Positions 35,547 through 48,526 are shown, counted from the whole stretch's first letter. The stretch: 62,479 bases of DNA, filler included, from Globobulimina sp. (GCA_003354225.1; 34 parts of 34 records of this genome joined end to end with filler, not necessarily neighbours in it), one strand, 5' to 3'. The notes: generated by a model from the letters alone, not told the origin. Numbers and translations: made by a program.

Positions 35547-36722
35547 TTATTCCATTGCCCTCATGTCAGTCATATAAATTCCATCCTCTTTGTTGTCATA
35601 ATTTGCCTCTGATGTACTATTTACTCCCTCCATTTCTATTTCGCTGCCCTTTCTTGCAGTCATTGATGTATTATTAAAAAGTGTTTCTACTGGACTGACA
35701 ACCTTATTTTTATGGACAGACAAATTCCGATTCATTATTTTTACACGTTTCAGTTTCTGCAAATACAAAATAATCAGCACACATCCAATCACTGATAAAA
35801 ATGATATCACACTAAATATAATTAAAATATCTACCATTATGTTGGTATTTTTCTCTTTATTATTATCCTCATCATAATCCTTACTATTTTCTGTATTGTT
35901 TGTTGCATCCTTTGTTTTTCCTTCATCATCATACGTAGTTGGAATATGTGTTGGTAATTTTGACGGAACAAATGTTGGATACAATGTTGGTAATTTTGTT
36001 GGTTCAAATGAGGGATTGAATGAAGGGGGAAATGTAGGATTATGTGTTGGATGTGCTGTAGGGTGCGATGTTGGGTCAACTAATTATAAATTTGTTTTGT
36101 ATTAAACGATGCGGTGCAAACAATTGAGAAAAACGTAATTTTATCCAATAAACGTTTTCGATAAAACAACAAAGTACGTACCAGTTGGATTTGATGTGTA
36201 GGGTATTCCATAAATTATTAAATTACTGAAATAAACACTCGTACTGATTGATGTTGCACTAATTTCCCATCTCAACTTGAAATTTACTTTATTGTCCCAA
36301 GCAGATGGATTTAAAGACCATGGAGGAGACATTGCAGCTGCAGTCCTGGTATGAGCTGGATATAAATCTTTCAGCAGTCGGCATCCAGAATATTCAGTGA
36401 CACCATCCGGGTAATTAAAAATGCACAACAAATCATTACTGCCATAGCCGGCGCCTGCTGTATTTATACTGTATTCGATATATACGTCATGATAACCGAC
36501 TGTAGGAAATGTTTTTTCAATCCCGCCAGATTCTCCGCCATTCAATTGGAAGCAATTAGCTGTTGGGCAATAAGGTGATGATGACGGCACCACATAATTT
36601 CCACTGACAGACCAACCCGTCATAACGTCCATTTGTTCTTTGTATAATTCAATGTACTGCAATTGAGCGGCTACTAAATAATTATTAAACTGTAACCAAC
36701 TACATAGGATAATGGCAAGCGG
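35547..36722 (-). CDS. Type I membrane protein with PT-repeat stalk; start codon off-contig; intron 36080-36181
   Basis: Signal-peptide-like start, extracellular domain, spliced PTxxPT repeats, TM helix ILIIFSVISFLSVIGCVLIILYL. Confidence 0.75.
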
Positions 36723-36822
36723 NNNNNNNNNNNNNNNNNNNNNNNNNNNNNNNNNNNNNNNNNNNNTTAATTAATTAANNNNNNNNNNNNNNNNNNNNNN
36801 NNNNNNNNNNNNNNNNNNNNNN

Positions 36823-37454
36823 ATCTGATAGCGGATTTGAGGAATGGCGTAAAGCATATAAAGAGCATAAATGCACTTAAAATTGATCCAGAAATCTGTT
36901 TGAATATGAATTTAAATACGAATTCAAGAATGAATGGTTTTAGCTCTATGATTGGCAGCAATAATATTTATGTAAAACAACAATCGCAGCAACGCAATAC
37001 GTTTAATATTATACCGCCCACATTCCAACAGACATCGTCATCGATAGCAAATGCGTCCAATGCGTCCAATTCATCCATTACTTCCATCCCATCGATCCCA
37101 TCCATGCCATCTGTCCCATCGGTTCCGTGCATGCCATGCATGCCAATGCCGTGTATGATGCCCGGGTTAGAGACGGAAGGCATTAATCCAGTATCATCGA
37201 GTTGCGATTCTGCATCGTCTGCGTCTGCGTCCGCATCCGCGTCTGCATCTACATCTGCCTCATCTTGTGATGAATCTGTAGAGAAATTTAAATCTGATTC
37301 GGATTCGGAGGACGAAATTATTCAAAAGAAACAGGAAAATAATGAAGATATCGATATTGATATTGATATGAATATAAATAATAATATAAAGCAAAAGAAT
37401 GAACAACAAAGTGAGGAATCAAAAGATTGTGACACAGAAATTATCCAAACATAA
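36823..37454 (+). CDS. Low-complexity C-terminal protein fragment
   Basis: Open frame with PSI/PSM/PCM and SA repeats, ending in TAA followed by a U-rich 3' region. Confidence 0.55.
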
Positions 37455-38035
37455 ATAGTGATTGACAGTTTATATTAAAGTTGATTTTTTTTTATATACG
37501 TTATAAATGCATACTTATTTTATCTTTGTTTCTTTATTTTGATAAATAATAATTTTTTTCATTGTTTTTTTGTTCATTTTGTAATTTCTTTTGTTGTTTT
37601 GTAATGTTGCCATTTGTAGTTATTTCTTATTAATAATATGGTGTATTGTTTGTCGTAAATTGGTAAACTAAATTTTATACATTTGTCCGTGAAATGTGAA
37701 TATCGTCAAATTCAATGCACAACGCAAACCACTCCGATTTGTAAGTTGATTTCTTACCGTAGTATTTTCAGGAATGGCACTAAGTCTTTCTTCAGCTGAA
37801 TCAGCTCCAGGAAGTCAAATCAAGCGCAGTGATTTGGATCATATTACCGGATGACAATAAAAATTCAACATTATTACCGAATGACAATTCAAAATGTTGC
37901 AAATAGAAAATTCAAAATATGTCTTGTTCAAATCTTTGTTATGATTTATTTTTTAAACAATCAAAAAAAGTTTTTGCTGGATGTCAATCATTTATTCGAT
38001 CATTTTTGAAAGCGAGAAAACAATCATTTATTCGA

Positions 38036-38562
38036 TCATTCAACAATCATTAATTGATAATCTAAATCTTGATGAATATTGTTTTGTATCAATCGTTTTT
38101 TAATTTGTTTTTTAGCAATATTTTGACACAATTTTCGCAATCCATTGTGTGATTTTCTACAGCAAAATTTATATGATCTATGTGAGAAATTTAACGAAAT
38201 ATAAATACAGACAACTTGTATTATTCTATCAATTGGACGATAGCATGACAATAATAAATTTGCAGCAAAATCAGATCGAATAACATTAAAATCAAACGTA
38301 TAAATCATAAACATAAATAAATATATTTGTGCAGAAACCAATGCAATTCCGCCTAAAATTGTATGTTGTGTTATAGTGTTAATTAAAATCATTTGCTTTG
38401 GTTCCAGTTTAACATTAAAGTCTTGCATTGATGAATTAGATTTTGTTGATGCGAATGATTGCCATCTTTTAAATAATGACATTGTTGACGCACTCGACAT
38501 TCCTCGAATCAGTAACCTATCCTTGCCCTCATTATCATTATTATGTTTGTTAATATTATTTG
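38036..38562 (-). CDS. C-terminal part of a multi-pass (GPCR-like) membrane protein
   Basis: Last two TM helices followed by YKFCCRKSH, a helix-8/palmitoylation-like motif. Confidence 0.5.
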
Positions 38563-38662
38563 NNNNNNNNNNNNNNNNNNNNNNNNNNNNNNNNNNNNNN
38601 NNNNNNTTAATTAATTAANNNNNNNNNNNNNNNNNNNNNNNNNNNNNNNNNNNNNNNNNNNN

Positions 38663-39006
38663 AAAGGTAGCCAGGATGTTGGATGTGGATAAGTGGACAA
38701 ATCAGAAACTGTGACCAATGCTATTTTATTTTCATTATTCATATTCACATTCTTCTGCTTTGAGAATAGGTAACATATCGAATATGGCTTTATCGCCCAA
38801 CTTATCATATCTTCAATCATATCAACCCCATCATTCTCATTCTCATTCTCATTGTTACTTTGGATTATTTGCAAAGTGTTTATCTCATTTATGTTCAAGT
38901 TCAGGTAATCAAACTTTGTCATATATTCCACAAATAACAGCATACAAAACATGATATTGGATATGGTCAACAGGCAGACAACGTTGCATCTTTTTTTGCT
39001 GGCCAT
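38663..39006 (-). CDS. Type II membrane protein N-terminus (possible glycosyltransferase)
   Basis: MASKKR + TM helix + stem; KIALVTVSD at the contig edge. Confidence 0.5.
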
Positions 39007-39061
39007 TCTAGATAAAAAAATCAAAAACTGTTTACTCTCCAAGTTTTTCGTGTTTATTTTA

Positions 39062-40204
39062 ATGTTCAAATTTCATCATTTTGTTATTTTAATAATTTTA
39101 TTGGTGTTTGGAATATTCTCTACCATCTCATTTATCATGTCAATGTATAGAGGAACATTAATGGATTCAATACATATGGAATCATCTAATTCCCTAAAAT
39201 CAACATCAAGCAATAATACAATTAATACAATTGCAAGCAATGACTCTGATGTTAAAACTGATTTAGATTTTTTACAATTCCGCCAAACTAACACTAGCTT
39301 ATGTGACATCTGGGAGAGATCCAAGGTTATGGTTGGCTCGCATCATAAAACTGGTTCTATATTGCTGCTATATCAGTTCTCAAGGCATTATTTTCAACAG
39401 TATTTAGTTCATAATTGTTATCAGAAGAGTTTATCTGCGGGACAGAGTTTATACAAAATAAGAAAAAGAAAAAGGATCATTCTAAAATATGCATTATCTC
39501 CATATGATATTCGTGAATTTTATATTGAATCATTGAAATACACCCAAAAACAAAAAACTTTAAATTTTCATCATTTCACAGTTTTAAATATTATTCGTAA
39601 TCCCGTTGATGCAGTGCTCTCTGAATATAATTATGATAAGAAATCACATGAAGGGGTCTCAACTCAGGTAATGGATAATAATTTCACCAATAAATGTGTT
39701 AAGAATGTTTGGTTGAATCTAACCAACGAAATAAATAATGTCACTATGGATAAACTGTCTCGTTTTTCAATCCAAAGCATGTTAAACCATCATTTGTCAG
39801 TTCAGGATGGAATAATTGCAATCTATTATCAATATAAATATTGTTATTTAGCTCAATTATATGACTCTTATGTTGCTATGGAACGTTACCATAATAAAAC
39901 TGTAGAGGATTACCATTATCATTTTCACAATTTTCGATTGGAAGACTTTAAGCTAAACTTCAATCAGACTGCGCAGACATATTTAAATAAAGTGGGTGTG
40001 TTGGAGCAAAAACATAGGCAAAATTTAATGAATTTATTTGTTTTGCAAGATCTATCAAAGAAAAATAGACTTCATGCTACGTCGGGATCATATGATAAAC
40101 ACAAACAAGTACAATATTTATTATCATCAGATGAACGATGCAGTGATCTCAAGCAATATGCCATTCTCATGGATTATAATTGGTCGTACCCGCAATATTG
40201 CTAA
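39062..40204 (+). CDS. Membrane-anchored sulfotransferase-like protein
   Basis: N-terminal TM helix; HHKTGS (5'-PSB-like) and IIRNPVDAVLSEYNY (3'-PB-like) motifs. Confidence 0.7.
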   Translation: MFKFHHFVILIILLVFGIFSTISFIMSMYRGTLMDSIHMESSNSLKSTSSNNTINTIASNDSDVKTDLDFLQFRQTNTSLCDIWERSKVMVGSHHKTGSILLLYQFSRHYFQQYLVHNCYQKSLSAGQSLYKIRKRKRIILKYALSPYDIREFYIESLKYTQKQKTLNFHHFTVLNIIRNPVDAVLSEYNYDKKSHEGVSTQVMDNNFTNKCVKNVWLNLTNEINNVTMDKLSRFSIQSMLNHHLSVQDGIIAIYYQYKYCYLAQLYDSYVAMERYHNKTVEDYHYHFHNFRLEDFKLNFNQTAQTYLNKVGVLEQKHRQNLMNLFVLQDLSKKNRLHATSGSYDKHKQVQYLLSSDERCSDLKQYAILMDYNWSYPQYC

Positions 40205-40532
40205 CATTCGCCTGTGATAATGTGACATTACTGACAGCTTTTTTTCATTTTTTTCCAATTTTTATCAATTTGCAAAGCGTTTCTCAGATAATTGAATAAA
40301 ATGTATACAACTTATCTTTTGGAATATATCGTTAAGGACGGTACATAGTCAATTTGTTAATTCGTTTCACAATAAAAAAAACAAAGCAATAAGCAACCAA
40401 ACNNNNNNNNNNNNNNNNNNNNNNNNNNNNNNNNNNNNNNNNNNNNTTAATTAATTAANNNNNNNNNNNNNNNNNNNNNNNNNNNNNNNNNNNNNNNNNN
40501 NNTTCTGTCATTAATTATATTCTCTCCATCAG

Positions 40533-41238
40533 TCTTGGCGGGCGGCAAGATTGGCACTGGAATAATTATTGTACGCATCCAAGATAAAGAGGACGAATGG
40601 TCCGCACCAATAGGTATCAAATATGTTTTTTTTTCGTAACTTTTTTTTTTCGGAATTTGTATTCTGGTGTTTTCAGCGATTGGTACCGGCGGTTTTTCCT
40701 TTGGACTTCAAGCAGGAGCATCAAAGGTAGATCATATTATTATTTTGCCGTCGCCAAATCACGTTAAAACGTTTCTTGGTTTGTGTTTTACTCAAATAAT
40801 AGACATTGCTGATTGGAAACAGTATGCATCAACAAAGGAAAAGGCCAATTACAAATTAAAGGGAATGTTGAGGCGGCGGTAGCCAAATATGGGAGAGATG
40901 CCAGTGTTGGAGTTGGAGTGAGTGACACCGGCGATACAGCTCCAATAATATCCTATTCCTTTGGTGTCAAAGGGTTGTATGGTGGTATCAGTATTGATGG
41001 CGCTGTGCTGCTGGCTCGGACTGAATGCAATGCGACATTTTATGGCAAAAATGTCGAATTAAAGCAGATAACATCTGGTGAAATAGAAGCGCCACTGTTA
41101 AATGAAGATTATAAAAGAATTGTTCACTTATTGAATAATTGCGTGAATGCGGAGGGCGAACAATTCCGTGGCGTTAAAAGTGTAATTGAACCTGGCCAAA
41201 ATACTAATCAATATGACCAATTTGACAGCAAAAAATAA
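40533..41238 (+). CDS. SYLF/Ysc84 (SH3YL1-like) domain protein; 5'-partial; introns 40614-40676 and 40779-40837
   Basis: GGKIGTGIIIVR..WSAPI|AIGTGGFSFGLQAGA...SYSFGVKGLYGGISIDG...NATFYG. Confidence 0.9.
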
Positions 41239-41390
41239 ATTGTTGAAGTTTGCTTATTTAAATTTAAATTAATTATGAAGGCTGAACCCTGCAAAATTTG
41301 AAAACTTTAAGTTTTTTAAATATTGATTTTTAATAATGTTGTCTTGGCTTTGAAACAAATCTGGCTTACATTCAATCATCAGACACTGTG

Positions 41391-41954
41391 ATGAAAGACG
41401 CAACAACGTGGTCCGTGCGGGAATTAAAAAACTATTTACAAACAAATGGAATCAATACAAACAGTTATAAACAAAAAGGAGACTTAATTGAATTAGCATC
41501 AACATTGCTTTACGAAGATGACCAAAAAGAATGGATGAGAAATATAATAACATTAGGCGTGATTTGTGTGACTGTGTTGTTGTTAAACGTTTACATTCGA
41601 CCTAAAATGGAGAAACTGTTTTGGTTAAATCCCAAATGGGCCATGGCGTGGCTTATTGTGCATTTTATCAGTTTAATCGAGAAATTATTAGTAATAAATG
41701 TTATTTTATCATGGATATTACCGTCGACATTAAAAGCATACAATATCATTGACACGTATTTAGTGAAAAGCATACAATTGTTTCCATTATCAGTTCCATT
41801 GAATTATGACAGTCAAACCCAGACTGCCTCGATGTGGATTGATTTATATCCAATGTTACTCATGTATTTATTGCGAAAATTAAAGAATTATATTTCTATG
41901 TATTATCACTATCATTGGTATGAGCAATATCACCATCCGATGCAGCACCCATGA
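41391..41954 (+). CDS. Small membrane protein with N-terminal SAP/HeH-like motif
   Basis: WSVRELKNYLQTNGINTNSYKQKGDLIELA followed by hydrophobic segments. Confidence 0.6.
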   Translation: MKDATTWSVRELKNYLQTNGINTNSYKQKGDLIELASTLLYEDDQKEWMRNIITLGVICVTVLLLNVYIRPKMEKLFWLNPKWAMAWLIVHFISLIEKLLVINVILSWILPSTLKAYNIIDTYLVKSIQLFPLSVPLNYDSQTQTASMWIDLYPMLLMYLLRKLKNYISMYYHYHWYEQYHHPMQHP

Positions 41955-42004
41955 ATTAGTCTAAAACAAAATTTTAACACATATTCTCGAACCCCGCTAG
42001 AAAT

Positions 42005-42242
42005 ACCATTCAAACTTTGATATGTTAATGAAATATGAATAATTTTGTTTGCCTGATTACATGTAACACCTACCCACTGGCAACATTCTATTGAGTTCGA
42101 TGCAGAAAGTTGCCTTTTCCATCTTTTATCAATATTATCATTGCCTATTACTTCAAATGCATTGGTTCTGTCAAATGCAGTTATCATTGCGATGCAATCG
42201 GAATATAATAACTCAAACGTTGCTTCTGCAGATAATCCAAAG
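42005..42242 (-). CDS. LRR N-terminal cap (plant-type LRRNT) fragment
   Basis: CCQWVGVTCN...IIHISLTYQSLNG; no LRRs follow on this contig. Confidence 0.55.
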
Positions 42243-42427
42243 NNNNNNNNNNNNNNNNNNNNNNNNNNNNNNNNNNNNNNNNNNNNTTAATTAATTAANN
42301 NNNNNNNNNNNNNNNNNNNNNNNNNNNNNNNNNNNNNNNNNNAAACTGTATTTTATTGTGCAATATTTGTGATGTACGTAAAAAACGTTTTTTTCTTACT
42401 TACTTCGGTTTCTTTCTTGGTCGCTTC

Positions 42428-44082
42428 ATGTCTCAACCCAAAGACGGTATATTACCAACACAACCACTGTATCATGCAAAGTTTAAAAACAATAAAACTG
42501 CAACAAATCAACCCAATAACATCCAAACAGTACACGTAAGTGTATTGTTGGAAAGTGTATCCCGTACCATTGGTTTGCTAATAATCAAACAAAATCGTGG
42601 CGAAACAATAACATTATCCCATCTCAGAGAATGCATAAAATCACAATTCGATGAAGACCAATTGCAAACCTTAGGCGGTGCAGATGATTTCAAATTTGTC
42701 ATGATTTCTTCTGAAACATTATCGAATCCAACTCCAGTCTCCAAAAAACAAGAAAAGTCCATCAACATCACTGAAATAACAATATCTGATTTACATACAA
42801 CAACCCCAACAGCAACAATTCCCAATTCTGATACAAATGAAACGGAACATAAACATAACCATCATACTCCCACAAACCGTTCAAACCGTTCAAAACGACA
42901 CTATTCATTAGATATTCACCATAAACCTCACCGTCGTACAGCTATTGGCCAGTCCCTTCCAACGCATTTAACTGTTCCTTTCAATAAACCCTCACCCTCA
43001 CCATCACCATCACCATCACATATACATGATATTATATATTATTCTGTGGTTGTACGTGCAGCAAATACTCCCAACACACTCCCTCGATACAATACCTTCC
43101 TGCCTTTACCAGCAATGCGCCCCCAAATGGCTGCCAATACATCAATGAGCATCTTCGAACGACCCAGCATTCGACCCTTAAAAGAGCAGCACACCGCAAG
43201 TGCCGAAACAGAAACCGACTCATCGGAGTCCTCCGAGTCATCGGAACCCAGTCTCGATACTTATTTGTTTGGTAACAAAGCTGTGACCCAATTAGAACGT
43301 CAATTTGGTGGCACTTTACCTCGCATCCGTGCCTCAAAAGCGGTGCATGTGCAGAAACTCGCCAAGCCGGATCATATCCAAATGACCAACATCTTAGCTC
43401 ATGCGCTGGTCACTCCTGAACTGCAGAAATTGAACCCAACCAAGACGGCGCCATACCCGATCCTGCCCACTCCCACACAATTGCAGTCTCATTTGAGTAT
43501 GCATGACATGCAGGAACATGAGGAAATGTCCTCCAACGAGATGGGTTCTATCGATTATACCTCAAAAGATAACCGATGCATGTTCACTGTGATTGGCTGT
43601 CCTCAATTTGAGAAACAGCGGCAGCAAACGTGGATTTTTTATGATCCAACGGAGCTGATTTTGGGCTTGCAAGGGGTGCACCATTCGGCGAAAGCGCCCA
43701 TTTGGATGGATTTGGTGTGCGATGAGGAGACATTTACTATGATATCGGAGCATATTAAACCCAGCATACATCAGCTGACAATCGAGGACTGTGTGACGGT
43801 GGAATGTAGGGAAAAGTTGGAGCTGTTTGATAATTACTTATTTATTTGCATTCATACCTCCGTGGCTGCATTGATTGAGAGGTTATATATCATTGTGTTT
43901 AATAACATGATCATAACTTATCATACAGATTGTGATAATTATGTAATTGCAGAAGCTCGGCATAGATTGCAGCGGAGACACAAAGCTAAACACAAACATA
44001 GAGAGAAATTGTCGCCGGGCTGGATTACACATAATATCTTAAAAAACATCTCACGTGTATTGTTGAAATCATACTTCAGATG
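42428..44082 (+). CDS. CorA-family Mg2+ transporter (ALR/MNR2-like) with long N-terminal extension; 3'-partial
   Basis: IWMDL...IHQLTIEDC..REKLELFDNYLFICIH...IITYH. Confidence 0.85.
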
Positions 44083-44182
44083 NNNNNNNNNNNNNNNNNN
44101 NNNNNNNNNNNNNNNNNNNNNNNNNNTTAATTAATTAANNNNNNNNNNNNNNNNNNNNNNNNNNNNNNNNNNNNNNNNNNNN

Positions 44183-44580
44183 GCAAATGCTAAAAATGGC
44201 AGATTTGTGTTTGTATCAATTCCGCGAATAAGTCTAAATTGTCGAAAAAGGCGTAGATTGATACGCGTCGCATTGACTTTGATCGGTTTGAAGGTGCATA
44301 ATGGCACATCTTTTAATAATAAATCATCAAACATAAAACCAAATAATTCATCCATTTTGTCATCAAATACATGCTTCATTGCTTGTTGACATAATCCTAA
44401 ATTTAAACCGTCATCATACTCCAAAAAATTTAGTACATTCGATGCAACAAATTCAGTATTTATCGATAGATTTGCAGAGAGCGGGCGTGCATTGTTTGTA
44501 GCTCCGTACATTCCATTCACGAATGATGCAAAACATGACAATGAAGTGATACTGATACTGAGACAAACAGCAGTTCTCAT
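44183..44580 (-). CDS. Hypothetical secreted protein, N-terminal fragment
   Basis: Signal-peptide-like MRTAVCLSISITSLSCFASFVNG; open to the contig edge. Confidence 0.5.
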
Positions 44581-44630
44581 TGTAAATTTTATTTTTAAAG
44601 CTGAAAACTTCTTAGTTGCTAGTAATAAAC

Positions 44631-45089
44631 ATGAATCCTCATAATGCACGGAACGCTTCATTAGACAAATTATGTAATAATTTCCAGTCTATGGAGATAT
44701 ATAAAGATCAAATATTATCATTAAATCAGTCGGATTCAGCTAATGATTTATTTTGGTGCATTCACTGTGATGCATTTAAAGAAACGGATATAATTCAATG
44801 TGAACCAGAACATGAGGATAAATGCAAAATTTGTGATAAAAAAAGTGATGAAATCTGGTCTCAGTGCACAATTTGCCAATGGTTATATTGTTTCGATTGT
44901 ACATTAACTCCAAATAATTATAAATTTATGAACTTACAAAATCGAAATTGTTCTCACATTCAAACACAATCCGGATCTATCAGTTCCGTCCAACGCAACA
45001 AAAAAAAACGGCAATTTTATCAATTTATGGAAAAAATGGTCCTTCCATCAAAAAGACGAAAACTGAATAGCGTATCATATAGTGTTTGA
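44631..45089 (+). CDS. Small Cys-rich (zinc-binding) protein with C-terminal NLS-like motif
   Basis: CIHC, CKIC, CTIC, CFDC pairs; PSKRRKL. Confidence 0.55.
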   Translation: MNPHNARNASLDKLCNNFQSMEIYKDQILSLNQSDSANDLFWCIHCDAFKETDIIQCEPEHEDKCKICDKKSDEIWSQCTICQWLYCFDCTLTPNNYKFMNLQNRNCSHIQTQSGSISSVQRNKKKRQFYQFMEKMVLPSKRRKLNSVSYSV

Positions 45090-45271
45090 TTATCATTTTT
45101 AATTTAAATTTGCGAGATTTGTTTCATGTCCTATCCGTATGTACTTTTCTAGCGTGCTTAAAGCCGTGACATTGCCTCAAAATGTTCCAGAAGAATATAT
45201 TGATGCTGATTAAAATTAATTATTCATTTCATACAACACACACAAAAAAAAGCACTATAAGTTAACCACTA

Positions 45272-45922
45272 TCAATCGACATATTGATTTAAACTTTCCT
45301 GGGTTTGAGTCGTTACTGCTGCAGCAACACGATCAAGGCCAATATTCTCATCCTCCTTCTCATCCAATACAGATTGAATCATTGGTTCATTCAAATTATT
45401 CATCTCCACCATATCCCGAACCTGCACATGTCTGTGCTGCGACCTTCTATGTCTCCGATGCCGCCTCCTCCGATGCCTCCTCCTCCGCTCTCTTTCCCTT
45501 TCTCTCTCATCCAAAGCATCGCCATCATTCTCGCTCAATCGAATGTCCTCAAACTCATAGGGACACACTTTCCGCGCAATAACAAAATATATGCCACACG
45601 CTAAGATCAGCACAATTGCCATGATGGCTGCATACAGCAACACTTTATAAACGGTATCATTTTCGAGCAATGCTACTTCCTCGATCACCACAGACTGATT
45701 CGACAATATCCATTCATTTGTTTTGTCCAAATAGCCACAAATATCATTCGCAAACTGGATCACATGTTCACTGACATGCTCGTCCACGACCCAGTTCCCT
45801 GCCTTCCAATCTTGCAAATCTATCATGAAATGATTAATATTATTCAATGTATTCAGCTCAACCGTCGCATTCAACGAAAATAGATCGCCGCCACGCAACT
45901 GTACATATGCTGCGGGTGGTAC
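45272..45922 (-). CDS. Single-pass membrane protein, C-terminal fragment
   Basis: TM helix VLLYAAIMAIVLILACGIYFVIA; Arg/His-rich cytoplasmic run. Confidence 0.6.
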   Translation of the reverse strand, partial: VPPAAYVQLRGGDLFSLNATVELNTLNNINHFMIDLQDWKAGNWVVDEHVSEHVIQFANDICGYLDKTNEWILSNQSVVIEEVALLENDTVYKVLLYAAIMAIVLILACGIYFVIARKVCPYEFEDIRLSENDGDALDERERERERRRRHRRRRHRRHRRSQHRHVQVRDMVEMNNLNEPMIQSVLDEKEDENIGLDRVAAAVTTQTQESLNQYVD

Positions 45923-46194
45923 NNNNNNNNNNNNNNNNNNNNNNNNNNNNNNNNNNNNNNNNNNNNTTAATTAATTAANNNNNNNNNNNNNNNNNNNNNN
46001 NNNNNNNNNNNNNNNNNNNNNNACCAACCAAAATGGGGTATAATCGTTGTTTATTATTTACAAACTACATAAAAAATAAATAAATAAATAAATAATAATA
46101 TAAATTATATAATATAAAACATACATTTTGAATGTCATTTAAAACCGGTGCCCATAAAACTGATCCTAAAACATTTGTTTTTTTTTGATCCCAC

Positions 46195-46770
46195 CTATTT
46201 TAAATATATTAAAGTGAATATCAGTGAATAATGAATAGAATACCAATTTTTTGCCACATTAAAATATTCTCGAAATGTTTTGTACGGCGTTGATGAGCTT
46301 CGTTTATTTAAATCAATGCCTCGCCATCCATTAATTGTCGTTGATATTTGGTGCGAACAAAAGTTTAATGTATCTTTGGATATTTTATATTTTCTTTTTT
46401 CTTTGATTTTTTGTGAATTATATAAAGAGTCCATTTCCTGTTTAATTGTAGGGAAAGGAAAGAAAATGGTACACAAATATTTTAATTTGTATACAATCCA
46501 TTGTATGCTAACCAACTTAACTTGGTTTGTTATTGACTCTATTCTTTCAATTCGGATGTTCATCAAAGCATACTCTCTAAAAATTAATTTTGGTTTTGTA
46601 ATTCTTATCCATTCAGAATAGCTACAACCTGGCGATTCATTCACATCATCTATATCAATATAACCATTTTTTACAGTTCGTTGCTTCCTGGTTCTCAATT
46701 CATGTCTTAATCTACATATCTCAGCCTCCGGTGAGCTCGAGCGTGTTATATCTGAAATGTGTTTGTTCAT
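46195..46770 (-). CDS. Hypothetical protein
   Basis: 191-aa ATG-initiated ORF; no family recognised. Confidence 0.4.
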   Translation of the reverse strand: MNKHISDITRSSSPEAEICRLRHELRTRKQRTVKNGYIDIDDVNESPGCSYSEWIRITKPKLIFREYALMNIRIERIESITNQVKLVSIQWIVYKLKYLCTIFFPFPTIKQEMDSLYNSQKIKEKRKYKISKDTLNFCSHQISTTINGWRGIDLNKRSSSTPYKTFREYFNVAKNWYSIHYSLIFTLIYLK

Positions 46771-47066
46771 TACACAGTTTATTAATGACTAGCTCAGAAA
46801 CAAGAATTGAGTAAGTCCAACTAACCATTTTCTGAAGACGTTACAGTCCAATGTCTTTTAGATTGGCGATCCTAAATATGATTTCTACGAGTCAATTTCG
46901 TCTAAGAATCTCGACTCAGAAATCACATTTGGGACAATCTCGATTTACTTTTTTCAAGAATCGACTTTTTTTGAAAATCGTTTAAAAAGCATTGGGGAAT
47001 CATATGGCAGCCGCGGGAATCATATGGATCTATTTTTTATATTTATTGAAGAGGTTGAAGAAAAAT

Positions 47067-47149
47067 ATCCACCTACCTCAATTGGCAGAGCATTGGTTTG
47101 AATGGATTTACAAACCAAATGGATGTAGGTTCGAATCCTACGGTGATGA
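47067..47149 (+). pseudogene. Degenerate tRNA or tRNA-like element with expanded (intron-like) anticodon loop
   Basis: D-arm CTCAATTGGCAGAG, anticodon stem TTGGT/ACCAA, perfect T-arm GTAGG-TTCGAAT-CCTAC; acceptor stem only partly paired. Confidence 0.7.
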
Positions 47150-48239
47150 GATGGAATGGATATGAATGGATGTCTTATTGAAGAATATTTGGGTTCAAAT
47201 CACAATCATCACATTTTTTCACCAATATAACTCTTGCAAAAATCGACAATATAACTAGTCAAAAATCGACAATATTTTATATTTATGCTTTATATTGCTA
47301 TTGTTAGACTGGTGCTTTTTTAAATTCTTATCCCTCTTTCTGAATATTTATTTAAATGAATATTGCTATTTTAAATTTTGATGAACTTTTGCATGTACTG
47401 AATATTAATTGTAAACAATATGATGATTTGGTATATATACTGTATATCGTCAAAGTTAAAACAGAGACCAAACACCATGTCTTCCTTGACTTGACAAAAG
47501 CTGCTGTAAAATTAAAGTAATTTAACTAGTTTGCACAGCTTTTTTTTTCCCATAAAACAACAGAGAATATTATTTTGCTCAAAACAAACAAAATCGAACC
47601 GTTTAATTTAATTAACACCTTTTCAAAAAAAATGAAAATTTGGCAAGGGCGACTACAGGAGACGGATTTGCCCAGAACTGGCTGCAAGTCGTCAAATTAT
47701 TTAGGTTAAATTCCTTGTTTTTGGTTATTTTTCCAAATGTGCTCATTATTTCAATACAAATANNNNNNNNNNNNNNNNNNNNNNNNNNNNNNNNNNNNNN
47801 NNNNNNTTAATTAATTAANNNNNNNNNNNNNNNNNNNNNNNNNNNNNNNNNNNNNNNNNNNNGCCCCCAAAGTTTGCCTCCCCCCCCAAGGCCCCTCCCC
47901 TCCCTTCCGGTCGGGTCGGGTAGTCAAAGGGGGGAGAAAGGGGGGAGGGGGTATAAAACGAAACAACGGTGGCCCGTCACGTATATGTTTCACGTATGCC
48001 GACTCTATATAAAAATGAGTGCCGAAACAGAGTGGATATGGAATGTCATCTACAATATTTTCGGCATAAAGCTGTCCTAAGTGCGTTAGATAAATGGCGT
48101 ACAATGACATCCCAATTTCGGTCTTTGTAGACCACACATGTTTGTATATATAGAATTAAAATTTTTGTCAATCTTTTTGCTTGCTGCTAAGTAACACGAT
48201 CTTTGTATAACCAGTTATGGATTACAACTTTATAAGTGT

Positions 48240-48443
48240 GTGCAGGAGGCATTGAATCGTGTTCCACGAAAACGTCTTATTATTACTGTGTTGGATCTTG
48301 TCAAGCAATCGGACAGCGACTTCGAAAGCATCTTCAATGAGCTGTTTTTCGATAACGAGCCACTGGAACAAATCAAGTATGATACGAAGAAACTGCTGGA
48401 ATTTGTCTGCTACTTGTTGGACAAACCTGCACCGGTACACTGA
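48240..48443 (+). CDS. Small hypothetical ORF on the Polinton-like contig
   Basis: Convergent with ORF 48527-48817; AATAAA lies between them; no ATG start found. Confidence 0.3.
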   Translation: MQEALNRVPRKRLIITVLDLVKQSDSDFESIFNELFFDNEPLEQIKYDTKKLLEFVCYLLDKPAPVH

Positions 48444-48526
48444 TCGAAAGATAATGAATGCGATCTGCTGTTTATATGAACATGAACATCAAATATAATT
48501 TTTATTTGCAATAAACAATTTTTACA

